Part shown: piece by piece, positions 26,537-37,543 of the stretch | Layout: the number at the start of each line of letters is the position of its first letter | Position numbering within the stretch: the stretch's first letter is position 1 | Source of the DNA: Dudresnaya verticillata | Taxonomy: Eukaryota | Reading direction: 5' to 3' | DNA length: 64,000 bases | Assembly (NCBI GenBank): GCA_977862235.1 | Contig: OZ374560.1 | Location: 930,001 to 994,000, forward strand | Notes under the pieces: model-generated | The model's input: only the letters and a program-made list of their open reading frames with translations | Databases searched by the model: none | What the model was told of the DNA's origin: nothing | Position numbers and translations under genes: made by a program

Positions 26537-27565
26537 GTGATACGCCGCTGTCCTCGCTTCCAAGATCCAAGATCATTAGATGTCTCCATGTTCGATGCCA
26601 CATTGAAGGATCTCAGTTCCGATATTCAGATTGAGGTGGAAGATCTGCTGGATGAAGTTCTCGCATGGACTGTTACAGTACGGGAAGTTGCGCAACCGGA
26701 TCTGAGGCGGAAATATCAGAGTCTCATCAATGAGAATGAGATGTGACTCGGCGAGTGGTATATCTCACACCGCCGGGTGATACAGAAATAGATTGGTTTT
26801 GTGACGCATAGCATGCAGTACAAGAGTGATTGGGTTAGCATAATAATGAAGGATATCCGTGGTGCGGCAGCTGAAGAATTCAGGGATAGGGTCCCTTCAG
26901 CTTTTCCAACAAAAGAAGATCCATGGGCACGACGGTTTCGAGATACAATGTACAACAAAGATGCTTGCTTCCCCTTCGCAGTTGGTAACCTTTCTCCGGC
27001 CGTTTCCGTCGGAGAGACAGTCAGCTGTAAAGCTATGTCAATGAGAAGCATCCCCGATGACTTCGTCAGAGAAGTGATTGGAGCTTCTGTTTGTGTTGGA
27101 TTTGTGGAGGAGCAAACCCACCTGCAGTCAACCGACGAGATCCTTATGCAGGTGGCTCGCGCCCTCGCCACCATGCGGACGATGTGATGGCAAGAGACCA
27201 TGAAGGGAATCCAGGTTCAAATATAAGGTCTAAACTATGGTTATTCTTTGCTAGGCGTGCAGCCGTCCTAACGTTCAACAACGAGATTCACGCACAGAAC
27301 TACGGAAGTATAGACGATACTCGACCCATGATCAGTGTTGTGGTGAGCGACACTGTTCTGTTCCCGCAAGACCGATACCATGCCATCAGGGAAGGAACCA
27401 AGGTATATCTCAGGCCTTTTGTAAGGTTTGAATCATACATAAGCATATTCAAGAGTATCGTGAGTTACAGGAAGCTTCCTAAGGAACTGAAGCTGCTCAA
27501 TAAGAGATCAAGAATCTCCGCAAAGAAGCGGACATCGGATGTCTAGAGGTGCTCGCCTGAGAGTT
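26537..27565 (+). pseudogene. 5' part of an SF1 helicase pseudogene (upstream of the Gypsy insertion)
   Basis: Broken plus-strand ORFs (26537-26746, 26801-27187, 27091-27546) that rejoin 37544 onward when the element and one GAGTT are removed. Confidence 0.55.
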
Positions 27566-28240
27566 TGTGGTGAAGTGAAAGGCACACCTGTAAGGAGAGC
27601 TGATCAGGCAATCCCAATAAGGAGTGATCTCACACGGCACCGGGGTGGTAGAGCTTAGTTCGTAGACCGAAGGGAGTACCTCGAGCGGCAACACCTGTAA
27701 GCAGTAAAGGGACGCAACAGACAAGGGGGACGGTACAGTGCCAGGGCAGCTACACCGGAACGGAGGTAAGAGGAATCCGTGCACGGGGCTGGCGAGGGGA
27801 AACCGTAAAGGAGTATGAGGGTAAGGCTTAGGGTAAGTCACTTTGCCCAGGGTTGCGTACCCGTTTACTGTAGGACTCGCGGTGGCCACCCATTAATATA
27901 CTGGGAGATATGCCCCGCGGTCCGGTCCGTGTGGTCCAGACCCCAATGGGTCTGGTCCACCAGGTGGGTCCGGCCCTACTGGTCCCGGTCACCGTTGCGG
28001 ACATGCTCGGCATTCTTATTGGCCGGCTGACACTACGTACTGTACAGCATGATTATAATTACCTAATTACAAATAAATCAACTACTTGACTCCTATTGGT
28101 GGTGCGCGCCGACTCCAGCAAGGCATAGAGTGATACTGTGTCGCTGCACTCCACTTTGGCTTTTGGCGCCAGCTTACCGGTGCGCCGGCCGTGAGTCGGC
28201 TCAACCGTCGTCCGCACTCCGAAACGGCCGCTTCACCACA
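27566..28240 (-). repeat. 3' LTR of the Gypsy element
   Basis: Direct repeat of 36864-37538; adjacent PPT GGGAGGGGGGTC on minus. Confidence 0.97.
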
Positions 28241-28255
28241 GACCCCCCTCCCTAA

Positions 28256-30226
28256 ATGGCGCCACGTCCTCGTGCGCCTCGGCACGTCTTGTACAAATCC
28301 ACTCAGGTGTATCCAACAACCGAGCAAACCTCATCGGTGCACTCCACTTCGGGCAAGTCGACCAACGTGCAAGTCCAACCCGGTGTGCCGCTAGCGATGG
28401 CGGGCGGCAACACTGACCGCGCACGGAGCCCCTTTCAACCGACACGGCGGACACCATTGGTGGGGGCGGCTCCTGCGCCGGAGGCAGAAGAGGGAGAAGG
28501 CGGCGGACCTGCGGACACCATATCAGGAGTTGTGGCGGCGGCGAGCACAACGCCAATGCGGCCAGCCCGCGCGGGTAGCCCGAGGGTGCCGCGACGGCGC
28601 GATGACGGCGTAGCTCGACAGGCGCCCACTCCGCTTCCGGATCGACAAGTGGGGCCGGGGGCACAACGACCCGGTCCTTCAAAGGGTAACACCGAGATGG
28701 AGCTTGGGAGATATCGTCGCGCAACTCCGCATGGGCGATATGAGGCGTACGCGCAGGGTCTCCAGGTTGGTCAGGTCGGAGGTGGAGTAACCTCACCCCC
28801 ACTCCACTTGGGTGTCGGCGGCGGACCGTCGGGTTCACTTCCATACACGCCGGGGACACCGGGGAGTTACCACGGGCGTGTGGACTCGACGGGGTACACC
28901 GATGAGGGAACTTGGCCAGGCCGGGAGTATGATCACCGCACCGGGCGGCGTCAGCGAACCGAGGAGGAGCGCGATATTGTGCGTCTCCCCATGCCCGTAT
29001 CGGTATTCGTTTCCCACCATGGTGGCACCCTCGAGGGACGTCGATACAGTGCTGTCACAGACGCCGGTGGGTTAATCAACAACAAGCCATTCCCGAATCG
29101 GCGTGAGGAGATGTGGAGAGCCAGGTGGATTCACTCCAACTGCAGAGTGCGAACTCCAACTGGGTGTGACATCGTGTGGCTGAGGTGTCAGGAAGAAGAA
29201 GGCTACCCCGATAAGGTGTGTCGATTGTTGGCTATGGCCCATCGACTGCGAGAACATCCTGTTGGTGTAGAGTTCCTATGCTACGAGAAGCCGTATGACC
29301 AAGGGGTTCACTGGTTTGCGAATCCGCAACGGTGGGCCGACGACGCAGCGAAAGAGCATCGACTCCGGTTGCGGAGTAGAGATGGACGCCGTCTCGGAAG
29401 GGCTATACTCCACACTTGGAACACCAACGAATTCTTCCAGGTGCCGCCGGGGGCACACCGTCGCTTGTACTGCACCGCTCCGGATTGGTGGGCTGAGTAT
29501 GAAGTCACCCGTTGGTTGTCAGTGCCAACGCCAACGGTGGTGGCGTACGTCTCCAACCGGTTCATTCAGCATCGCGACTGGCAAGCTGCACACCCAGGCG
29601 GAGAGAAGTCTGTCGACCATCCGCTGATGACGGTGTTGGGTCGCATACTCCGAGCGGAATGGGCCATGTTAGTCCTCTTCTCCTGGTTACAGGTCACCTA
29701 CCGGGGTGTAAGAGCCAATACCAAGATGACCGACTGGAGGGCGTACCCGCGGAGCAGCACGGATCCGGAAGGTGGCGAGTGCGGGCGCATTTTCAAGCTA
29801 CCCAGACCGGTGGTCACCCTTATACACCAAGTTGGAGTAGACCGGTTGGTTGAGGGGACCGAATACCCCTTGGCGCGTGTGGAACGCCTCTTCACGGTTC
29901 ACGCAGACACCAATTGGGAGCGAACGCCAGGTTTCATCGGTTATCATTGGAATGATGACCGCGTGCTGTCGGTGTCGCCGCTAAACTCCGGTTGTGGTAT
30001 GGCGTATTTCCTATCGGAAGAAGACCCCGAGCCGGCGTGGTTGATCGATGAGAAAATGTCAAACTGGCACGCGATGCGCGCCCGCTCAAGGTTCTACCCC
30101 ATGACGGAGGGGCCATCAAGGGTTCCGCCATCACGTGAGTGGGGTACTCCATCCGGTGTGCCGTATCAACAGGCGCCATCCTTCTTGATAGTGACTACAG
30201 TATCCGTTGCGGTGTGCACCTCGTAG
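28256..30226 (+). CDS. Antisense extra ORF of the Gypsy element, 656 aa, unknown function
   Basis: Uninterrupted ATG-initiated ORF starting next to the PPT; low-complexity N-terminus, Trp/Tyr-rich C-terminal ~400 aa. Confidence 0.75.
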   Translation: MAPRPRAPRHVLYKSTQVYPTTEQTSSVHSTSGKSTNVQVQPGVPLAMAGGNTDRARSPFQPTRRTPLVGAAPAPEAEEGEGGGPADTISGVVAAASTTPMRPARAGSPRVPRRRDDGVARQAPTPLPDRQVGPGAQRPGPSKGNTEMELGRYRRATPHGRYEAYAQGLQVGQVGGGVTSPPLHLGVGGGPSGSLPYTPGTPGSYHGRVDSTGYTDEGTWPGREYDHRTGRRQRTEEERDIVRLPMPVSVFVSHHGGTLEGRRYSAVTDAGGLINNKPFPNRREEMWRARWIHSNCRVRTPTGCDIVWLRCQEEEGYPDKVCRLLAMAHRLREHPVGVEFLCYEKPYDQGVHWFANPQRWADDAAKEHRLRLRSRDGRRLGRAILHTWNTNEFFQVPPGAHRRLYCTAPDWWAEYEVTRWLSVPTPTVVAYVSNRFIQHRDWQAAHPGGEKSVDHPLMTVLGRILRAEWAMLVLFSWLQVTYRGVRANTKMTDWRAYPRSSTDPEGGECGRIFKLPRPVVTLIHQVGVDRLVEGTEYPLARVERLFTVHADTNWERTPGFIGYHWNDDRVLSVSPLNSGCGMAYFLSEEDPEPAWLIDEKMSNWHAMRARSRFYPMTEGPSRVPPSREWGTPSGVPYQQAPSFLIVTTVSVAVCTS

Positions 30227-33200
30227 GGGCCCGTCGATCTTGGGAGGAGCTTCTTCATTTGCTCCGCAAATTCACCGACGTGGTCAGGGCCTTGAACCAA
30301 TCGGTCGCGTTCTTTCCGCTCGGTGGGCCGTAGATTACGCGGCGGGCGGTCTACGTAGACCTCATCGCCACCGCGAACCACCGGTCGGAAGCGCACCTTT
30401 CGGTCGAATAGGGCCTTGGACTTCAACTGGGCTGTAGTCTGTTTGGTCTGCGCCTTCTGTAGGGCATAACGCAAACGCCGCATGGTTCCCCGCTTTTGGA
30501 GTACGGGCGTCATACGCCCCTCCGTAACGGTTTCTTCCAACTCCACAGGGGTGCCACGCACAATAATATCCGATGGGTGTCGAGTTAACACCAAGTCGAA
30601 AGGGGTAGTATCCGTGATCCGGTGTACCTGCATATTGTAGGAATAGGTTAACGGCTGTAGATATAAATCCCAATCGGTGTGGTGATCTTCGACGTAGTGC
30701 CGGAGGCGTTGCGCGATGGTTTTGTTAAACCGCTCGGCTTGCCCGTTGGTTTGCGGGTGATAGGCGGCGGTCAGCAGATGTCGCACTCCGAGTAGGGCAC
30801 AGACAGCGTCGAAGAACTTCGCCGTGAACTGTCTTCCATTGTCGGTGAGTACAAATTTAGGTGCGCCATACGCGTACACCGAATGGTCTAAAAATGCGTT
30901 CGCCACCACGACGGCTGTAATCGTCCGTAATGGAATGCACCGTGTTAGCTTAGAAAACCGATCGGTGATGACTCATACAAAGACATGTCCCCGTTTGGTT
31001 TTCGGCAGCGGGCCCAATATATCCGTAGCGACAAACTCCAGTGGGCCACTCGCGGGAAATAAATTCATGAACTTCTGATGCTTAAACCGCGTGCCCTTGG
31101 TTTTGACAATTGAGCGGCAACTCCGAACGGTCTCGAATACATCGTTAGCCATATATGGCCAATAGTAGTCTCTCCGTAAGGTGTAGTACATCTTAATTCC
31201 ACCAAGGTGTCCCGACATTAAGGTGTAGTGGGCAAGATACAGGACCCTGCCGCGCATATGTTGCGGTACCACCTTTTGGAGTGCGCCGTCGAGGGCAGAC
31301 TTGCGCACTAGAAACCCATGTCGGTCGTAGTCAAATTGCGAACCAGGGGATCCCACCGATTCGGCTTTAGGCTTGCAGAATGTATCTGTTGCTTGGGCGG
31401 CTATGAACTCCTCACGGGTAAGGGTCTCATTGCGCATATCATCTTGTTGGATGACCGTTTGCCGGAGTGGAGTGGATGGCACTGTATCCTTTTCAGGCGT
31501 GGTATCCGTTTCGGTGTCTCCACTTTCAACGCCTAGGACAAGGCTGCTTGCGGCATCAGGATGCTGAGTCTGTTTCCAATTGGTTAGTGGCACACCATGT
31601 TGCACTACACCATTAGGAGTCGATTCCATAACGAAGCAAGGCATTTCTTCATCCAGTTCAGCTTTGTCAACACCACCTGTTCGGAGTCTTGACATACCGT
31701 CTGCGAGTTGGTGCTTGATACCAGGGCGGTATTGTACTTCGAACTCAAATTCCGATAGGCGTAGGGGCCATCTTGCTAAGCGTCCAGACGCATCGGCTAA
31801 ACTCAATATCCAGCGTAATGCGTCGTGATCCGTACGGAGTATAAACTTTTCACCGTAAAGGTAGGGGCGTAGCGTTAGCATACTCCAAACGACAGCAAGG
31901 CACTCCTTTTCCGTGGTTGTATAGTTCTTCTCCGCATCGGTTAGACTTCGGCTCCAGTAACCCACTGGTAGATTATCTCCACTAGGTTGCTCCTGGAGAA
32001 GGACACACCCAACTTGGTAGTCACAAGCGTCGGTATCCAAAGTATAATTGAAACCGTGACGGGGTAAAGCCAATATTGGAGGGGAGATTAAGTGTCTCTT
32101 TAGCTCCTCAAAGGCGTTAAACTCCGTTTCGGTGAGAGTTCCAAACTCGAATACCAGACCCTTGCCGGTTTTCTTATTGAGTGGCGAAGCAATACGTGCG
32201 AAATTAGGAACGAAGCGTCGATAGACGTTACATAACCCTAGAAAAGAGCGCAACTCCGTTTGGTTTGTAGGTGGCTTAGCCTCCTTAACGGCGAGAATAT
32301 TCTTCCGTTCCACTTCCAGTTGGCCCGGGCGCACTATGTGGCCCAGATACTGTACGGAAGTGTCGAAGAAGGCACACTTTGATAATTTCAGCGTTACACC
32401 TGCGGAACGGAGTAGCGTGAGTACCTCCTTAAGGTGTTCGAAATGCTCCGTGACGGTGTTAGAATATACAATCACATCATCCAGGTAGACTAAGGCAAAT
32501 TGCCATTTCACCGTAGATAGGATGATGTCAACCGCCCGTTGGAAAGTAGCCGGTGCGTTTTTGAGCCCAAAAGGCATTCTCCGGAAGCGGCATAATCCAT
32601 AATGACTGGTGAAGGTAGTTTTGTCACGCTCCTCCTCGGGGATCTCTACTTGCCAGTAGCCACTATTACAATCCAGAGTGGGGAATACTGTAGCTTCTCC
32701 AAGGGAGCCGATACATTCATCCATCCGGGGTAAAGGGTATGAATCCCGAACGGTGACAGCGTTAAGACGCCTGTAATCGACACAAAACCGCATGGAGCCG
32801 TCCTTTTTAGGAACAAAGACCACAGGGCTGGCCCACTCCGAAGCGGATGGCTCGATCACCTTAGCGGACAACATACGATCCACTTCTGCCTTCTCCAGCT
32901 CGCGCTGTTTATGTCCTGCCCGATATGGTGCTTGATACACCGGTTTGGCACCAGGCATTAATTCAATACGGTGTTTCGCGGCAGTTATATTTCCTAACTC
33001 GCCGTTCCACATAGTACTGAACTCCTCGAGGAGTGTAACCACCTTAGCGCGGAGTTTTTCATCCTTGGCACCAATAGGGATGTTATCTTTCCAATCGGTG
33101 TCAGGAGTTGTAGTTGATTCCGATGCGGTGTTTCCTTTGAATCCATCTTGGGGTGTAGTCTTGCTGCTTTCATTAGGAGGAGTAGGAAAGGAATTAATAT

Positions 33201-34114
33201 GTCCTCCCCCTCCTTAAATGGAGGTACACCGTTAACGGTGCGTATGGCAGAGGGAGCAGCAGTAGCGAGGCCCAGGACGGTAGACTTTGGTAACCGCACC
33301 GGTTTGGGGGAAAAATTAGTCAGCCACACCTTAAAGGGTTTGTTAGGGATTATATCCATAACTCCATTGGTCATAAGGGTGAGGTGCTTATGGATGGGTT
33401 TGGGATGGTTTTGAAGAAAACACAAACCACCGGTAGGAGTGGTGACCAATGCAAGGGATTGGGTCATAGGGGGAATAATAAGGGATTTTGCTAGTCGGAG
33501 CTTTTGCGATACCGAAGCGGATGAAACAGGGGGGCCCTGAAGAGTAGAAGCAGCCACCGTTTTGGAGTGTCTGGTTTGTCCCATTAGCGAAACCGGAGAG
33601 TGGTGATGAAAAACAGCTTTCCGTGCCGGTGGGAGGATCGCCTGGACATGGCGATCAATGAAACTGGTTCCCAGAATACACGGAGCAGCGAGGTTCGCGA
33701 CCACCAGGAAGTGGACTCGAGTACGCAATTCTCCGATACGGACAAAAGTTGAATGACACCAAGAGGGCGTATCGACCTATTGGACGCATCCCGTAAAGGT
33801 GGACTGGCAGCGGGGCGAATCAACGACAACCAGTGGCGTGGAAGCCGTCTGGCGTTAATGAGATTTGGCCCAGCACCAGAATCCAATACGGTTATGAGAG
33901 GCAACATGAGGTCATTACTCCTTCCCACGGTAATCTGGATTTTATAATTCTGCCGCTGTAGAACACAGACAGAATCACCGGGTGGTGGAAATTCAAGGGG
34001 GATTTCTGGAACAAAATCAAGGGGGTACTCCGTAATGGTGGCGGACTGACAGTCCGGCAAAGCCCGTATTGGTGGGCGTACCACGTCGCGTTGAGGAGAC
34101 GGGGAGGCCCTCAC
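30166..34114 (-). pseudogene. pol: Gypsy pol (protease, RT, RNase H, integrase) with two frameshifts and one stop
   Basis: LDSGAG protease; RFCVDYRRLN, MPFGLKNAPATFQ, YLDD RT; TDAC..EKECLAVVW..TDH RNase H; TDNGRQF, YHPQTNGQAERFN, GPY integrase. Breaks near 33740 and 33100-33200, TGA at 30973-30975. Confidence 0.95.
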
Positions 34115-36699
34115 ACGCCTCCTGCGACGTTTTCCGAGTCGGAGTGCGCCATGAGTGCCTCCTCCTCCATTTCAGCTGGGGGCTCGCCAACCGCACCACC
34201 ATCGACAGTCAGCACCCGTGCTGGGCGTTGCTGGTAGTTGCCCGGCGGACGATTTCCCGTATTGGAGTTTGCAAGGGCCTGCCGCTTGAGGAGGAGCGCT
34301 TGATAGTTGCGCTCGCGCTCTTCCATCAGGGGACCCCTTTCGGTGTCGCTCAGATACGGACAAATGACATGATCCGGGGAGAGGCACAAGAGACAATAGC
34401 CGCTTCCATAGAGGCGTCGGACGTCCGGTGAGGTGTGATCCGTATGCTCTGCAGCAGGGGATTGTTTTCCAATACGGTGTTCGCCCTGCCCTTGACGGGG
34501 AGGCGTGTTGCCGTGGGGGTGTCCAATATGGCTGGGATGCTGCCCGGTGGTTCCCTGACGGTGTGTGGCGGGGCCGTAGCGGCTGTCAGCCGGTCCGTAG
34601 CGGGGTTGCCGGGGTGGTGGCATCCGTGGCGCTGGTGGGCGAAGGTTGGGAGTCCGAGGCGGAGTAGGGTAGACACTACTCGGTGGGGAAGAGTACGCTG
34701 TAGTAAACGTTACCCCCGACGAGGTGCCGGCGCTTCGACCCGCGCCACCTTCCAGGGCGAGCACATGCTCCTCCGATTCAGCGGGATACTCCGAGTAGGT
34801 GTAGTCCGATGGAGAACCAATTGACAGAACGCCAGAACGGCGGGACTGACTCTTAGGTTTTCCGTCGAAGACGTGCACCGCTGAGGTTTGGCGTCTGGTT
34901 GCCCGATGGGATTCTCCGAGCCCTTTAGCGTAGCGGGTGATGGCTTGGTAATCCATATGGGGGTGTGTCGCCAGATAATTGCGCATCTGCTGACACGTTC
35001 CCGGTAGGAGTCCTTCCACAAACAGCGACTTGAGGGACCTGTCGGAGAATACTGTACCGCATCGGAGTGCCTTAGTCCAAAGTTGGTTAGAGAATTGCTC
35101 TTCCGTTAAGGCCGACGTTTGTCGAAACGACGTTACGTCCGAATACCCTTCGGCAATCGCCTCATCGGTAGCATAAGTCCTTAGCAAAACGTTCACCACT
35201 TCGGTATAGGTGCGAAGCATCTCTGCTTGCTCCTCGTCGACCGCCATGGTGCCACCAGCGAGACGGGCCTGAAGCAAAGCTTCAGCCTGTCCACTTAAGA
35301 AAAACTGGAAACACCACAGTGCGGTTCCTTCCGAAATGGAGTTGATGTTACACGCATCCTTGAACTTCGCGAGAAATCCAAGGACCGTGATGGGGTCTGT
35401 ACCGTTAAAGGAGTGGGACTTCATTTGCACCTCCAGCTTTTTGCGGATACGTCCCATATTCTGGGACAAGCTGGAGCTGTAGTAGGAACTCCTTTTCTCC
35501 AGACGGTATGTTCGGAAATCCAGCGCCTTCACGAACCTGTCGTTCAGGGGCCGGATCACCTTTGGGAGTGGCCTGTCGACCTCTCGGTGTTTGGCGTCGT
35601 GTTTTCTGGCCCGACGCCGCACGTCCCTATCCGTATCGGAGTAGTTCGTATCAGAGCCAGAGGAATGGGAGGCGTCATGCCCTTTTCGTCGCCTATGGCG
35701 CGACTTGCGCTTATTCTTCTTCCTATTGCGGTGTTGGCTATCATCAGATTCCGTACCGGAGTGTTCTTTGTCCCGTCGCGAAGCGCGTTTGCTCCGTTGC
35801 GAACGGTCATGTTCCTTATCGGAGTGGGAGTCCTTGGCCTTTCTGTCAGCACTGTCTCTACCACTCCGGTCTTGATTTCTCTTGGAGTCACCGTCGGAGT
35901 GCTCACTGCCTCTACGCGAAGCCACCGGCACGGTGATACGTTCCCCCGCAGGCACTTCTGCGGGTCCAGGGACCGTACTCCGATTCGGTTGGGGTTGGTG
36001 TGTTGGATCCAATTCGGTGTATTGAGTTTGGGTAGGTAACCCAGGGGCTGCCGCTGTCCTTACCGGATCGGGCGGAAACACCTGAGTGGGGATTTCTGGC
36101 ATATACGTCGTTTCGCCCTTGACCGGGAAGTTATTCCGTATCGGTGTAGGTCCAGAAAAGGGCGGCTCCTTGGGTCCCGGTAGGGGTTGTCCGGTGGTGA
36201 GCATCTGCTCGATCTCCGACGCCTGACGCTCCTGACGGATGAGCGTCTGTACCAACTCCGGAAGGTGTTTCTCCAGGTAGGAGCTAACAATAACCGGAAC
36301 GGTGTCGGCGAGCGTGGTCTCAACCTCCTTGACCATGTTGGGTTGCACCTCTATACGGAGATGCTCCAACACCCGTGGGATGACTTCCGAAAGTATCCAA
36401 TGGACACGATTGGAGTCACCTGGCTTGGATACACCCTTGCGGGAAGTGTCGGAACCAGGTCGGGATCTAGAGACCTTACTGGCTACACCTTTAAGGAGTT
36501 CTTCGGGGTTCTCCATACCGGGGTTCAGGTCGGCAGCATCGCCACGGCGTATTCTCGTGGCTGAAGCTACCTCCGGTTCGGTGGGCTCACTGCGGCGTGT
36601 TCTCGCAGTAGAGGGCACCTCCGGGACGGTGTTATCGTCACCGCGGCGTGATCTCGCGGTTGACGGCACCTCACCTTGATCCGATGCGGTAGGGTCCAT
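34111..36699 (-). CDS. gag: Gypsy gag, 862 aa
   Basis: Position after PBS; FNGTDP..FLAKF capsid-like region; CLLCLSPDHVICP knuckle-like motif. Confidence 0.9.
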   Translation of the reverse strand: MDPTASDQGEVPSTARSRRGDDNTVPEVPSTARTRRSEPTEPEVASATRIRRGDAADLNPGMENPEELLKGVASKVSRSRPGSDTSRKGVSKPGDSNRVHWILSEVIPRVLEHLRIEVQPNMVKEVETTLADTVPVIVSSYLEKHLPELVQTLIRQERQASEIEQMLTTGQPLPGPKEPPFSGPTPIRNNFPVKGETTYMPEIPTQVFPPDPVRTAAAPGLPTQTQYTELDPTHQPQPNRSTVPGPAEVPAGERITVPVASRRGSEHSDGDSKRNQDRSGRDSADRKAKDSHSDKEHDRSQRSKRASRRDKEHSGTESDDSQHRNRKKNKRKSRHRRRKGHDASHSSGSDTNYSDTDRDVRRRARKHDAKHREVDRPLPKVIRPLNDRFVKALDFRTYRLEKRSSYYSSSLSQNMGRIRKKLEVQMKSHSFNGTDPITVLGFLAKFKDACNINSISEGTALWCFQFFLSGQAEALLQARLAGGTMAVDEEQAEMLRTYTEVVNVLLRTYATDEAIAEGYSDVTSFRQTSALTEEQFSNQLWTKALRCGTVFSDRSLKSLFVEGLLPGTCQQMRNYLATHPHMDYQAITRYAKGLGESHRATRRQTSAVHVFDGKPKSQSRRSGVLSIGSPSDYTYSEYPAESEEHVLALEGGAGRSAGTSSGVTFTTAYSSPPSSVYPTPPRTPNLRPPAPRMPPPRQPRYGPADSRYGPATHRQGTTGQHPSHIGHPHGNTPPRQGQGEHRIGKQSPAAEHTDHTSPDVRRLYGSGYCLLCLSPDHVICPYLSDTERGPLMEERERNYQALLLKRQALANSNTGNRPPGNYQQRPARVLTVDGGAVGEPPAEMEEEALMAHSDSENVAGGV

Positions 36700-36863
36700 G
36701 TGTTCTTCTATTCTTAGGTTACAAAAATGGAGTCAACGGGTGTTTTGCCTTGTCCTGCCTTTACACCAATACGGAGTTGTCACGAAGCTGACCTCCTACC
36801 GAAGCGGAGTCCAACGGAGATTCTTCTACCTTGACGGCCTTCTAGGTCGGGAGATCAAAAAGA

Positions 36864-37538
36864 TGTGGTGAAGTGAAAGGCACACCTGTAAGGAGAGCTG
36901 ATCAGGCAATCCCAATAAGGAGTGATCTCACACGGCACCGGGGTGGTAGAGCTTAGTTCGTAGACCGAAGGGAATACCTCGAGCGGCAACACCTGTAAGC
37001 AGTAAAGGGACGCAACAGACAAGGGGGACGGTACAGTGCCAGGGCAGCTACATCGGGACGGAGGTAAGAGGAATCCGTGCACGGGGCTGGCGAGGGGAAA
37101 CCGTAAAGGAGTATGAGGGTAAGGCTTAGGGTAAGTCACTTTGCCCAGGGTTGCGTCCCCGTTTACTGTAGGACTCGCGGTGGCCACCCATTAATATACT
37201 GGGAGATACGCCCCGCGGTCCGGCCCGTGTGGGCCAGACCCCAATGGGTCTGGTCCACCAGGTGGGTCCGGCCCTACTGGTCCCGGTCACCGTTGCGGAC
37301 ATGCTCGGCATTCTTATTGGCCGGCTGACACTACGTACTGTACAGCATGATTATAATTACCTAATTACAAATAAATCAACTACTTGACTCCTATTGGTGG
37401 TGCGCGCAGACTCCAGCAAGGTGTACAGTGCTACTGTGTCGCTGCACTCCGTTTCGGCTTTTGGCGCCAGCTCACCACTGTGCACGGCGCGGGTCGGCTC
37501 AACCGTCGTCCGCACTCCGAAACGGCCGCTTCACCACA
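36864..37538 (-). repeat. 5' LTR of the Gypsy element
   Basis: Direct repeat of 27566-28240, followed on minus by the PBS. Confidence 0.97.
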
Positions 37539-37543
37539 GAGTT

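Larger units (their letters stand above)
27566..37538 (-). mobile_element. Full-length Ty3/Gypsy LTR retrotransposon (~9.97 kb), mildly decayed
   Basis: 675-bp LTRs with TGTGGTGAAG...CTTCACCACA termini; TSD GAGTT (27561-27565, 37539-37543); PBS 36840-36857; PPT 28241-28252; order gag-PR-RT-RH-IN. Confidence 0.97.

Noticed and set aside
25600..26563. Minus-strand ORFs as an antisense gene of LTR family B
   Set aside because: Short, broken, no motif, and no 3' LTR to anchor the element.
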